A DNA stretch of 64,000 nucleotides from Janthinobacterium lividum. GTDB lineage: Bacteria > Pseudomonadota > Alphaproteobacteria > Acetobacterales > Acetobacteraceae. Below the pieces are notes generated by a model, which saw only the letters and a list, made by a program, of their open reading frames with translations, was not told where the DNA came from and ran no database searches. The position numbers were made by a program, and so were the translations under genes. Shown piece after piece: positions 52,979 through 62,138 of this stretch. The DNA lies in assembly GCA_050954595.1 (NCBI GenBank), contig JBPBQE010000214.1, positions 768 through 64,767 of the forward strand, in the 5' to 3' direction. Within the stretch, counting starts at the first letter, position 1. Each line of letters opens with the position of its first letter.

Positions 52979-55135
52979 ATGGATCGGGTAAATGCGGCGG
53001 GGCTAGAGGTCGCGCGCGAGCTATATGATTTCGTTGGGCAGGAAGCTCTGCCCGGCACGGGCGTCGATGCGGACGCGTTCTGGTCGGGCTTCGCCACCAT
53101 GCTGCGCGACATGGCGCCACGCAATGCGGACTTGCTGGCTCGCCGCGACGAGTTGCAGGGCCAGATCGATGCTTGGCACCTCGAACACAAGGGCAAGCCG
53201 TTCGACGCCGGGCAGTATGAAGCCTTCCTGCGCGAGATCGGCTATCTGCAGCCCGAGCCGGCATCGGTGTCGGTCAGCACGGCCAACGTCGACCCCGAGA
53301 TCGCCACGATCGCCGGGCCGCAGCTCGTCGTGCCGATGTCGAACGCCCGCTATGCCCTGAACGCCGCCAACGCTCGCTGGGGCAGCCTCTACGATGCGCT
53401 CTACGGCACCGACGCGCTGCCGGAGACGGACGGCGCCACTCGCGGCCGCGACTACAACCCGGCGCGCGGCGCTTTGGTCGTTGCCCGTGCGAAAAAAGTG
53501 CTGGACCAGGCCGCTCCGCTGGCCAGCGGGTCGCATGCCGACGCGACGGCGTATCGCATCGTCGATGGTGCTCTGACGGTCGAAACCGCGAGCGGCGCGG
53601 TTGCGCTCCGGACCCCTGCGCAGTTCGTCGGTTACCGCGGCGATGCCGGCGCACCCAGCGCGATCCTGCTGCGCAACAACGGTATCCATCTCGAGATTGT
53701 GGTCAACCGCGATCATCCTATCGGCAAGACCGATCCGGCCGGCATGTCCGACCTGCTCATGGAGTCCGCAATTTCGACGATCCAGGATCTCGAGGACAGC
53801 GTCGCCGCCGTGGATGCCGCCGACAAGGTGCTGGTTTATCGCAACTGGCTCGGCCTGATGCGGGGCGACCTGGTCGCGAGCTTCGACAAGGGCGGCAAGA
53901 CGCTCGAGCGCAAGTTGGAGCTGGACCGCGATTACACCACACCGGACGGCAGCACGCTGACCCTGGCGGGCCGTAGCCTGATGCTGATCCGCAACGTCGG
54001 ACACCACATGTACACCGATGCCGTGCTGCTGGACGGCAAGGAGTGTCCGGAAGGCATGCTGGATGCGGCGGTGACGTCGCTGATCGCGATGCATGACCTG
54101 AAATCGACGGGTCCGATCCGGAACAGCCGGGCCGGTTCGGTCTACATCGTCAAGCCGAAGATGCATGGGCCGGACGAGGTCGGCTTCGCCAACGACATTT
54201 TCGGCCGGGTCGAGCAGATCCTCGGTCTCGACGCTCATACGTTGAAGATGGGCATCATGGACGAGGAACGACGGACCAGCGCCAATCTGGCGGCCTGCAT
54301 CAACTCGGCTCGTGAACGGGTGGTGTTCATCAACACCGGCTTCTTGGATCGGACCGGCGACGAGATCCACACGTCGATGGAAGCCGGCCCGATGGTGCGC
54401 AAGAACGAGGTCCGTAATACGCCGTGGATCAAGGCGTATGAGGACCGCAACGTCGACATCGGCCTCGCCTGCGGCCTACGTGGCAAGGCGCAGATCGGCA
54501 AAGGCATGTGGGCCGCGCCGGACCGTATGGCCGACATGCTCGAGCAGAAAATCAGCCATCCCCGTGCCGGTGCCAACACCGCCTGGGTCCCGTCTCCGAC
54601 GGCCGCTACCCTGCATGCACTTCATTACCATCAGGTGAACGTGTCGGACCGCCAGGCCGAACTGGCGGGTAAGTCACGCGGGTCGTTGACCGAGTTGCTG
54701 ACCATCCCGCTCGCCGATCGACCGAACTGGGCACCGGACGACATCCAGCAAGAACTCGATAACAACGTGCAGGGCATTCTGGGCTATGTGGTGCGCTGGA
54801 TCGACCAGGGCGTCGGCTGCTCGAAAGTGCCGGACGTGCACGATGTCGGCCTGATGGAAGATCGTGCCACGCTGCGCATCAGCAGTCAGCACATCGCGAA
54901 TTGGCTGCATCACGGCATCGTTACTGAACAGCAGGTGCGTGACACGATGCAGCGGATGGCGCTGGTTGTGGATCGGCAGAACGAAGGCGACGCCGCCTAC
55001 ACCAAGCTCGAGGGCAACGAGAGCGCCCCGGCGTTCCAGGCCGCCGCGGACCTGATCTTCCAGGGGCGCACCCAGCCGAACGGCTACACGGAGTTCGTGC
55101 TGCACGCGCGCCGCCGAGAAGCCAAAGCCGCGTAA
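52979..55135 (+). CDS. glcB: Malate synthase G
   Basis: 718 aa from [11 protein letters not shown], with [27 protein letters not shown] and [17 protein letters not shown]. Confidence 0.95.
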   Translation: MDRVNAAGLEVARELYDFVGQEALPGTGVDADAFWSGFATMLRDMAPRNADLLARRDELQGQIDAWHLEHKGKPFDAGQYEAFLREIGYLQPEPASVSVSTANVDPEIATIAGPQLVVPMSNARYALNAANARWGSLYDALYGTDALPETDGATRGRDYNPARGALVVARAKKVLDQAAPLASGSHADATAYRIVDGALTVETASGAVALRTPAQFVGYRGDAGAPSAILLRNNGIHLEIVVNRDHPIGKTDPAGMSDLLMESAISTIQDLEDSVAAVDAADKVLVYRNWLGLMRGDLVASFDKGGKTLERKLELDRDYTTPDGSTLTLAGRSLMLIRNVGHHMYTDAVLLDGKECPEGMLDAAVTSLIAMHDLKSTGPIRNSRAGSVYIVKPKMHGPDEVGFANDIFGRVEQILGLDAHTLKMGIMDEERRTSANLAACINSARERVVFINTGFLDRTGDEIHTSMEAGPMVRKNEVRNTPWIKAYEDRNVDIGLACGLRGKAQIGKGMWAAPDRMADMLEQKISHPRAGANTAWVPSPTAATLHALHYHQVNVSDRQAELAGKSRGSLTELLTIPLADRPNWAPDDIQQELDNNVQGILGYVVRWIDQGVGCSKVPDVHDVGLMEDRATLRISSQHIANWLHHGIVTEQQVRDTMQRMALVVDRQNEGDAAYTKLEGNESAPAFQAAADLIFQGRTQPNGYTEFVLHARRREAKAA

Positions 55136-55142
55136 AGAAAAA

Positions 55143-55175
55143 GGCCGGTTCCGAATTATCGGACCGGCCTGTTTT
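55143..55175. terminator. Bidirectional intrinsic terminator between glcB and tRNA-Val
   Basis: GGCCGGTTCCGA-atta-TCGGACCGGCC (11 bp with one bulged T), flanked by AAAGAAAAA upstream and TGTTTT downstream, so it is U-rich on both strands. Confidence 0.65.
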
Positions 55176-55195
55176 CGTGTTCCCGAACCAGCAAA

Positions 55196-55270
55196 TGGTG
55201 GGCGCGACAGGGATTGAACCTGTGACCCCCGCCATGTCAAGGCGATGCTCTACCGCTGAGCTACGCGCCC
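55196..55270 (-). tRNA. tRNA-Val (anticodon GAC), CCA encoded
   Basis: Minus strand reads GGGCGCG-TA-GCTC-AGCGGTA-GAGC-A-TCGCC-TTGACAT-GGCGG-GGGTC-ACAGG-TTCAATC-CCTGT-CGCGCCC-A-CCA. Full cloverleaf, 75 nt. Confidence 0.92.
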
Positions 55271-55367
55271 ATTTGCCGCGCCGAAGCGCCGGGAGCGCTC
55301 CTTTAAACCGGACCGGGTGGTTTGTGCAAGGTAGGTGACAGCAGCCTCGGACGGCGTTTAATGCATC

Positions 55368-56270
55368 ATGGACACGCCGATGCCGCTAGAAGCCCATCAC
55401 CGTGGGACGCAGATCCCAGCAACGGCGGCATTCCGCATCGATCGGCCGTCGACGCAGACCACCCCTCTGGTTTTTGCATCCCCGCATTCCGGTCGTGGCT
55501 ATCCCAGCACTTTTCTCGATTTTGCCCGGTTGGATGCCGTTGGACTTCGCCGCAGCGAGGATTGCTTCGTGGACGAATTATACGCCGGCGCGATCGCGGC
55601 TGGCGCGCCGTTGCTGTCGGCGACGTTTGCCCGCGCGTATTGCGACCCGAACCGTGAAAAATGGGAGCTCGACCCGGCGATGTTCGTGGATGCGCTTCCA
55701 GAGTGGGTGAACACCACGAGCGCGCGGGTAGGCGCCGGGCTGGGAACACTTGCGCGGGTGGTAGCGTCGGGTGAGTCGATCTATCGGCGCAAGCTGTCGT
55801 TCGGAGAGGCCGAGTTCCGCGTGCGCACGTATTGGGAGCCCTATCATGCGGCGTTGCGGCAGCTCCTCGACGACACTAAGCAGGCGTTCGGAGCTTGCCT
55901 GCTGATCGACTGCCATTCGATGCCAGCGCAAGCTTATGCGGATGGGCGCAGATCGCCCGATGTCATCCTCGGCGACGCTCACGGGACCGCCTGTTCGCCG
56001 CGGATCATGCGAGCTATTGAAACGATCTTATTGGACCTCGGCTTCGTGGTCCGCCGCAACGACCCGTATGCCGGCGGCTATGTGACGCGGCACTATGGGC
56101 GGCCACGTGAGCTGGTTCACACGCTGCAACTCGAGTTGGCGCGTGGCCTCTATATGGATGAGGCACGGCTCACCCGTTCCGCGCAGTTTGACGACGTTCA
56201 GCGAAAATTGGCGGAGTTCGCACTGCGGCTCGGCATCGAAGCGCCGGACTTGCTGTCTCTGAAGACCTAG
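55368..56270 (+). CDS. N-formylglutamate amidohydrolase-family protein
   Basis: 300 aa. FASPHSGRGYP, CDPNRE, LIDCHSMP and GGYVTRHYG motifs of the FGase family. Confidence 0.78.
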   Translation: MDTPMPLEAHHRGTQIPATAAFRIDRPSTQTTPLVFASPHSGRGYPSTFLDFARLDAVGLRRSEDCFVDELYAGAIAAGAPLLSATFARAYCDPNREKWELDPAMFVDALPEWVNTTSARVGAGLGTLARVVASGESIYRRKLSFGEAEFRVRTYWEPYHAALRQLLDDTKQAFGACLLIDCHSMPAQAYADGRRSPDVILGDAHGTACSPRIMRAIETILLDLGFVVRRNDPYAGGYVTRHYGRPRELVHTLQLELARGLYMDEARLTRSAQFDDVQRKLAEFALRLGIEAPDLLSLKT

Positions 56271-56330
56271 CTGCTCCCTAAAGTAGCTGCGTTAACGAAG
56301 TTTTTACCAGGCCGGGGCATCATCTTCCGC

Positions 56331-57137
56331 ATGCACTGGCGCCTTTTGCTTCTCATGCTGGCCGTGATCGGGGTTTTCAGCCCGGCTCATGCCGACGTTC
56401 CGCCGCCGGCACTGTGTCGGTCTGCCATTGCGGCAGCCGAACGCAGCTACGGCATTCCGGACCGCTTGATGCAGGCAATCGGGGTCGTCGAGAGTGGCCG
56501 CGCGGATGAGCGCGGGGGCGTGACTGCTTGGCCGTGGACCATCAACGTCGAGGGTGTCGGCTACGTCTTCGAGACCAAACAGGAGGCGATCGCAGCCGTG
56601 AACGAGCATCGTGCGCGGGGCGCACGGTCGATCGACGTCGGCTGCATGCAGGTCAACCTCATGCATCACGGCGATGCATTCGGCTCGCTCGAGCAAGCCT
56701 TCGATCCCAGCGCCAATTCGCGTTATGCGGCTCAGTTCCTGCAGAACCTGATGGCGCAGACGGGCTCCTGGCCTCGCGCAACGGCCGGCTACCATTCACT
56801 GACGCCTGATATCGGCGCCGATTACGGGCGAAAAGTGTTGGCCGTGTGGGCACGACCGGGCTTGGGCGAGCCGGTGCCGTTTATTTCGGTACGGCGCGGT
56901 GCCAACACGGCCAACCTCGTGCCGCCAGCCAACGCCTTCACGTCGACGCCGAGCAGCCCGATCGCTCCCTCGCCGGGCGGACTGTCCATGCCGGGAAGCA
57001 TGACAGCCCATGTCATCCAGAGTGCCCCCGGTGCGACAGCCGGTGCCGGGGGCGGGTCAGGCACCGGGCGCGGTCTGTCCGCCTATCGTCTTGCACCGAC
57101 ACGGCTTGCCACGACGCTCGGCTTTCGTCGCGGCTGA
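56331..57137 (+). CDS. Secreted lytic transglycosylase (SLT domain)
   Basis: Signal peptide MHWRLLLLMLAVIGVFSPAHA. SLT catalytic region LMQAIGVVESG...WPWTINVEG...DVGCMQVN. Low-complexity Pro/Gly/Ala tail. Confidence 0.8.
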   Translation: MHWRLLLLMLAVIGVFSPAHADVPPPALCRSAIAAAERSYGIPDRLMQAIGVVESGRADERGGVTAWPWTINVEGVGYVFETKQEAIAAVNEHRARGARSIDVGCMQVNLMHHGDAFGSLEQAFDPSANSRYAAQFLQNLMAQTGSWPRATAGYHSLTPDIGADYGRKVLAVWARPGLGEPVPFISVRRGANTANLVPPANAFTSTPSSPIAPSPGGLSMPGSMTAHVIQSAPGATAGAGGGSGTGRGLSAYRLAPTRLATTLGFRRG

Positions 57138-57199
57138 GGTCGTTTCCGAACCAAACAGCCACGACGAAGACGTTCTAGCTCACTCGGCTGAGCACAGGC

Positions 57200-58372
57200 T
57201 CAGTAGCTTCGTGGCAGTCCGAGAACGTGTTCGGCGACAAACGAGAGAACCAGATTGGTGCTGATCGGCGCGACTTGATAAAGCCGCGTTTCCCGGTATT
57301 TGCGCTCAACGTCGTATTCCTCGGCAAAGCCAAACCCGCCATGGGTCTGCACGCAGGCTTCAGCGGCCGCCCAACTGGCATCTGCCGCCAGCAGCTTGGC
57401 CATATTCGCTTGCTCGCCGCACGGTAGCCCGGCGGCGAAACGCTCACACCCATCGTGAACCATCAACTCCGCTGCCCGCATCTGGGCGTAGGCACGCGCA
57501 ATCGGAAATTGAATGCCCTGGTTCTGCCCGATCGGGCGACCGAACACCAAGCGATCCCGTGCATAGGCGACAGACTTGTTGGTGAACCACTTAGCATCGC
57601 CGATGCATTCGGCGGCGATCAGCAAACGCTCGGCGTTCATGCCATCGAGAATGTAGCGGAACCCCTTCCCTTCTTCCCCAACTAGGCTGTCGGCCGGAAT
57701 ACGCATCTGGTCGAAGAAGACTTCACAGGAATTATGATTCATCATCGTACGGATTGGCCGGATTGTCAGGCCGTTATCGCGCACAAGTCGCATATCGAAG
57801 ATGAAGACGGACAAACCGTCCGTGCGCTTCTTGACCTGATCCTGAGGTGTCGTTCGCGCCAGCACCATCATGAGATCGGAATACTCGGCACGGCTCGTCC
57901 AAATCTTCTGTCCGTCAATGATATAACTATCGCCGTCCAACCGAGCCGTCGTACGCAGGCTGCTGGTGTCGGTACCGCTGGTCGGCTCCGTGACGCCGAA
58001 CGCCTGTAAGCGCAGCGCTCCACTGGCGATCTGCGGTAAGTACGCTTCCTTTTGTGCAATGGACCCATGTCGAAGCACGGTTCCCATCATGTACATCTGC
58101 GCATGGCATGCAGCGCCGTTGCAGCCTTCGGCATGGATCGTTTCGAGAATCTCGGCTGCCTCGGCCAGTCCCAGGCCGGCCCCGCCATACTGCTCCGGGA
58201 TCAGCGCCCCCAGATAGCCAGCCTCGGTCAGCGCAGCGACGAACTCGGTCGGGTAAGCTCGCTTAGTGTCGAGTTCGCGCCAGTACGCACCGGGAAACCG
58301 AGCGCACAACTTGGCGACCTCATCGCGGATGGCGCTATCGCTCCGCGGTTTAACAGCATTATCCATGACCAT
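57200..58372 (-). CDS. Acyl-CoA dehydrogenase
   Basis: 390 aa. GLGLAEAAEILE, FGVTEPTSGTD, GQKIWTSRA and YQVAPISTNL motifs. ATG 58366 is an alternative start with better GGAG spacing. Confidence 0.9.
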   Translation of the reverse strand: MVMDNAVKPRSDSAIRDEVAKLCARFPGAYWRELDTKRAYPTEFVAALTEAGYLGALIPEQYGGAGLGLAEAAEILETIHAEGCNGAACHAQMYMMGTVLRHGSIAQKEAYLPQIASGALRLQAFGVTEPTSGTDTSSLRTTARLDGDSYIIDGQKIWTSRAEYSDLMMVLARTTPQDQVKKRTDGLSVFIFDMRLVRDNGLTIRPIRTMMNHNSCEVFFDQMRIPADSLVGEEGKGFRYILDGMNAERLLIAAECIGDAKWFTNKSVAYARDRLVFGRPIGQNQGIQFPIARAYAQMRAAELMVHDGCERFAAGLPCGEQANMAKLLAADASWAAAEACVQTHGGFGFAEEYDVERKYRETRLYQVAPISTNLVLSFVAEHVLGLPRSY

Positions 58373-58474
58373 CTCCCTGTCTCAACCAAAGCACAGGCGA
58401 TCCGGCTCGGCCATCCACATCACCGTGGGCCAAGGCAGCTTACTTCCGTGCCTCAAGAAGTCCCTTGTTAAGGG

Positions 58475-58828
58475 CTAGTCGGCGAGCGCTTCGCGGATGG
58501 CGTGATCGAGTTCAACCGTTCTGAACGGCTTGCGGATCAATCGGCACGACGTCGCCTGCGGCGTGAAATAGCCCGAGATCATGACGACCTTGAGGCTGCG
58601 GTAGCGAGCGCTCGCCAAGTCACACAGTTCGAAACCCGACATTCCAGGCATGCGGATATCGGTGACCATTACCTCGAGATCCGGAAACTCGGCGAGTTTC
58701 TCCAAAGCCTCGAATCCGTTGGTCGCCTGTAAGACGCGGTAGCCAAGCTCCTCCAGCATGTCGGCTGACGTTTCGCGAACGTCATCATTGTCGTCGACGA
58801 GCAGAACATGATGGGGGTGGTCGGACAC
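58475..58828 (-). CDS. Single-domain response regulator (CheY-like receiver)
   Basis: 117 aa. VLLVDDNDDVRE, phospho-acceptor region VMVTDIRMPGMSG, and RKPF. GTG start after GGAGAG. Confidence 0.85.
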   Translation of the reverse strand: MSDHPHHVLLVDDNDDVRETSADMLEELGYRVLQATNGFEALEKLAEFPDLEVMVTDIRMPGMSGFELCDLASARYRSLKVVMISGYFTPQATSCRLIRKPFRTVELDHAIREALAD

Positions 58829-58997
58829 ACACTCTCCTCGGACGCATGGCAGCGAGCGACCGTAGCAAGTCTGACGTCTACCTGACGCAATCGGTCGGAT
58901 GCACCCGCATAACGAAATCCAATCGTCAAAATCTCGTGGGCTCGGAATCTCAGCCAGCGTTCGCCAAGAAGATACAACCAGAACGCGAAATTATTTG

Positions 58998-59012
58998 ACG
59001 ATATAATATCGT
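58998..59012. promoter_or_regulatory. 15-nt perfect palindrome ACGATAT-A-ATATCGT in an AT-rich divergent spacer (candidate operator/promoter)
   Basis: Read directly. It overlaps a TTGACG hexamer (58995-59000) and is followed by GATATAAC, 42 nt upstream of ATG 59054. Confidence 0.3.
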
Positions 59013-59053
59013 TGATATAACGTTTGGTTGCGCCAGCCTGGCGGGGTCAATCA

Positions 59054-60658
59054 ATGCCATCTCAACTTATCACCGACGCCGCCACAGTTCGCACGGCGCT
59101 TTTGGGCATAACAACACCGATCAGCGACGTCACCATTCCTGATCAGGGAAACGGAGCCGTGATCGCCGTCGTCAGCACGCGCCTAGGTGCGGTATCGGCT
59201 GATACGGCGCCAGGCGCCGTCGTTAGGGGCAGCGGCTCGCATTTCCTGTCGATCAGCGGCACCTCGGCCCAAGTCGCAGCCAAGCTTGCGACCCTCGCCT
59301 ACATCAGCGAGACACCCGGCCCCGATCAATTGTCCATCGTCCTGCTCGCCCCCGGTGTCGCCGCACTGCCAATCGTGCAGACATCGCTCGCCGTTCTTCC
59401 GCTAACTGGCCTACCCCCGGTCGCGAGCAATCAGGTTTATTTTGATATCGGTACTTTGACGCTAGAATCGCGCCTGCTGAATGGCCCCGATTTGGTGATT
59501 AGGGAGCCCGCTGGCAGCCTGAACGCGGCAACGATCATCTTGGCCAACAGTACGGTCGGGGCAGCAAGCCATCTGACGATCCGCAATGGCGGTGCTGCCG
59601 CAGGCGTAATGCCACGGCTTGCGATAGCCGGCCGGGTCGAACTCGCGGGGTCAACCAGCTTGGTCGGCAACGGCACAGCGGTTTCGCTAGCCCTCGGTGC
59701 TACGTTGATCAACGAAGGATCGATGGCCATCGACGCTCATGCGACCCGCTTTACCGGCGGTGGCACCCTCGTCAACGACGGACTAATCCGTATTACAGGG
59801 GACGACGTCGCTGGTGCTCCCATCCAGATCGCTACGGCACTCGCTGGCTCCGGCACTGTCGCGCTGAACGCTGGCGCGTCGCTCATACTCGGCGCCAGCG
59901 TCGGCGCTGGCGAGACCATCTATTTCGACAGCGGAGCCAACACGCTCCATCTCGCCCATGCCAATCTTTTCGCGGGCGCGATCACCGGGCTCTCGCTCGG
60001 CAATACGATCGTGCTCGATGGTGTCACCGCCTCCGACGCACTTTATACGCGCGGGGCTGATGCCGGCGACGACGTCCTGACACTGCGCAACGGGGCACTC
60101 ACTGTCGCAAAACTCCACATCAACGCACCGGAAGCCGGAACTGCATTCCATCTCAGCACCGATGCCGCCGGCAACGCCACGATCTCGCTGACGCCCGTCA
60201 ATCCCGGCACCGTGGATGTATTCCGCTTCTTCGACATCGCGCACGGCACTCAGTTACTCACACAGGATGCCGTCGAGCGTGACACCATCCTAACCACCCG
60301 GCCGGACCTACAGTACGAAGGCGTCGGGCTTCACGCGGTCAACCCGGCGCATGCCTCGCCAAGCGCCGTCGACGTGTATCGCTTCTTCGACACCAACAAC
60401 GGCACGCATTTCATGACATCGAGCGTGTCGGAGCGGGATAGCGTGCTGGCCAGCCGCCCAGACCTGATGTTCGAACCGAGCAGCACCATGCTCGAGCACG
60501 CGACCGCCCAAACCGGCGACTCCGCCGTTTACCGCTTCTTCAACAGCACCAACGGCGCTCACTTCTTTACGGCCGACGCGGGTGAACGAGCTTCGATCCT
60601 GTCGACGCGGCCGGATATGAACTTTGAGGGAATCGCGTTCTACGCGCCTGCGACGTAG
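59054..60658 (+). CDS. Beta-helix-like repeat protein with three C-terminal YRFF...G.HF.T...ERD...RPD repeats (DUF5648-like)
   Basis: 534 aa from MPSQLITDAATV, with no N-terminal signal peptide. The central Gly/Ala/Thr/Leu-rich segments (GTLVNDGLIRITG, GSGTVALNAGASLILGASVG) resemble autotransporter-passenger or adhesin beta-helix repeats. Confidence 0.6.
   Translation: MPSQLITDAATVRTALLGITTPISDVTIPDQGNGAVIAVVSTRLGAVSADTAPGAVVRGSGSHFLSISGTSAQVAAKLATLAYISETPGPDQLSIVLLAPGVAALPIVQTSLAVLPLTGLPPVASNQVYFDIGTLTLESRLLNGPDLVIREPAGSLNAATIILANSTVGAASHLTIRNGGAAAGVMPRLAIAGRVELAGSTSLVGNGTAVSLALGATLINEGSMAIDAHATRFTGGGTLVNDGLIRITGDDVAGAPIQIATALAGSGTVALNAGASLILGASVGAGETIYFDSGANTLHLAHANLFAGAITGLSLGNTIVLDGVTASDALYTRGADAGDDVLTLRNGALTVAKLHINAPEAGTAFHLSTDAAGNATISLTPVNPGTVDVFRFFDIAHGTQLLTQDAVERDTILTTRPDLQYEGVGLHAVNPAHASPSAVDVYRFFDTNNGTHFMTSSVSERDSVLASRPDLMFEPSSTMLEHATAQTGDSAVYRFFNSTNGAHFFTADAGERASILSTRPDMNFEGIAFYAPAT
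60212..60649 (+). repeat. Three tandem protein-level repeats of about 52 aa inside the preceding CDS
   Basis: VDVFRFFDIAHGTQLLTQDAVERDTILTTRPDLQYEG / VDVYRFFDTNNGTHFMTSSVSERDSVLASRPDLMFEP / SAVYRFFNSTNGAHFFTADAGERASILSTRPDMNFEG. Confidence 0.7.
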
Positions 60659-60677
60659 GCCACAGGGAAAGCAGTCC

Positions 60678-60770
60678 TGGCGGAGGGGATGAGATTCGAA
60701 CTCACGATACGGCTTGACGCCGTATGGCGGTTTAGCAAACCGCTGCCTTCAGCCACTCGGCCACCCCTCC
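60678..60770 (-). tRNA. tRNA-Ser (anticodon GCU), long variable arm, CCA encoded
   Basis: Minus strand reads GGAGGGG-TG-GCC-GAGTGGCTGAA-GGC-A-GCGGT-TTGCTAA-ACCGC-[CATACGGCGTCAAGCCGTATC]-GTGAG-TTCGAAT-CTCAT-CCCCTCC-G-CCA, 93 nt. Confidence 0.9.
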
Positions 60771-60819
60771 GCCGGGATTGCAACAGCACAGCGTTTGCCA
60801 TGTCCTTCTACGTGTCTGC

Positions 60820-61440
60820 CTAGCCGAGCGCAACCTCGAAGCCGCGTTTCGTGCCCGGACGCATCATCATGGCATCGTACCAACGTTTCACGTTGGGGAA
60901 GTCGGCCAGGTCGATCTGGTGCCGCTGATGACGCCAGGCCCAGCCGACGCAGGCGAAATCGGCGATCGAGACATCGCCGGCGACAAATTCGACGATTGCC
61001 AACCGCCGGTCGAGCACGCCGTAGAGGCGCCGGGTCTCCTTCTGGAATCGCTGCAGCCCATAGGTCCGATCGGCCTCATTGACGGTCAGGAAATGATGGA
61101 CCTGCCCGAGCATCGGCCCGAAGCCGCCCATCTGCCACATCAGCCACTCCGTTACCGCGACCCGGCCCCGTGGGTCGGTTGGCATGAACTGGCCGGTCTT
61201 CTCGGCGAGATAGAGCAGGATGGCGCCGGACTCGAACACGGAAATCGGGGTTCCGCCGGGTCCCTCTGCGTCGACGATCGCGGGGATGCGGTTGTTTGGG
61301 CTGATTTCGAGGAAAGCCGGTTCGAATTGCTGATCCTTGGAGATGTCGACCGACTTGACCTTATAGGCCAGCCCCATTTCCTCGAGCGCGACGCTGATCT
61401 TGCGGCCGTTCGGCGTGTTCCACGTATGAAGCGTGATCAT
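60820..61440 (-). CDS. Glutathione S-transferase (Nu-class, YfcG/YghU-like)
   Basis: 206 aa from MITLHTWNTPNGRKISVALEE, with NNRIPAIVD and FESGAILLYLAEK. The upstream 153 codons of ORF 60820-61899 overlap the next gene and are discounted. Confidence 0.85.
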   Translation of the reverse strand: MITLHTWNTPNGRKISVALEEMGLAYKVKSVDISKDQQFEPAFLEISPNNRIPAIVDAEGPGGTPISVFESGAILLYLAEKTGQFMPTDPRGRVAVTEWLMWQMGGFGPMLGQVHHFLTVNEADRTYGLQRFQKETRRLYGVLDRRLAIVEFVAGDVSIADFACVGWAWRHQRHQIDLADFPNVKRWYDAMMMRPGTKRGFEVALG

Positions 61441-62087
61441 CGAGCTATTCTCCCGGGTGAATGAGATGGGCGATCGATGCTGCGCTGCCACAGCGGCGCG
61501 AGCAATGCGTCGAGCCCGAGGCTGTAGCGGCCTCCGACCACGGCGGACATGGCCTGTGCGGCAGCCAGGAAAATGTATTCCCAGGGCCACTCGTTCGGAT
61601 GACGGTAAAGCCCGATCCAGAGCCCGATCGCGTAGATCGCCCCGAGCGACGCCATCGGGCGCACGAACAGCCCGAGCAGCAAACTGATCGCCAACCCCAT
61701 CTCGGCCGCGAATACCAGCGGATCGACGATCACCAGGTTCGGCAGCACCATCGCGTCGACGAACCAACCGAACCAGGGCCAGGCCGCGTTGTCGACCATC
61801 TGCTCGGCCCAATACTGCAGGCCGGGCGCGACCGGAAACGGCAGCTTCCACAGCGCGCCCTGGAACCACACGATCCCGATCATCGCCCGGATCAGCCAAG
61901 CCCAGAACGGTCCCGATGCCGGCTCGCCGCCCTGTCGCCGCCAGGCCGCCAAAGCAATGATGCCGCTCGCGACGACGAGAAACGCAAACAAGCCGACAAA
62001 CAGCCAGCGCAGATCGCCCAGGGCCACCTGATCCGGCTGCGCGCCCACGAGGAAATCCCAGGCATCGCTGAACGGATCAGTCTTCAT
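61437..62087 (-). CDS. DoxX/DoxD-like integral membrane protein
   Basis: 216 aa with 5-6 hydrophobic helices and IGIVWFQGALWKL, reminiscent of DoxX-family proteins. ATGA overlap with the GST start. The family call is tentative. Confidence 0.45.
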   Translation of the reverse strand: MKTDPFSDAWDFLVGAQPDQVALGDLRWLFVGLFAFLVVASGIIALAAWRRQGGEPASGPFWAWLIRAMIGIVWFQGALWKLPFPVAPGLQYWAEQMVDNAAWPWFGWFVDAMVLPNLVIVDPLVFAAEMGLAISLLLGLFVRPMASLGAIYAIGLWIGLYRHPNEWPWEYIFLAAAQAMSAVVGGRYSLGLDALLAPLWQRSIDRPSHSPGRIAR

Positions 62088-62138
62088 GCCGTCGTCATCC
62101 CTGGACCATGCCTTCTCGTGACGCCGGCACGAGCAGCA

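Noticed and set aside
55196-60770. Integrated prophage or integrative element at tRNA-Val / tRNA-Ser
   Set aside because: No integrase, excisionase, transposase or phage gene is present, and I saw no duplicated tRNA 3' end. Only the compositional oddity is retained as a finding.
61441-61899. N-terminal extension of ORF 60820-61899 upstream of the GST
   Set aside because: It overlaps the DoxX-like membrane gene in another frame. GST homology begins at MITLHTWNTPNG (ATG 61440).
62088-62138. Terminator after gatB (CTCGTG-ccggcgt-CACGAG hairpin)
   Set aside because: It has only a 6-bp stem and no U-tract, and it sits 15 nt before the next gene's ATG, so it is more likely incidental.
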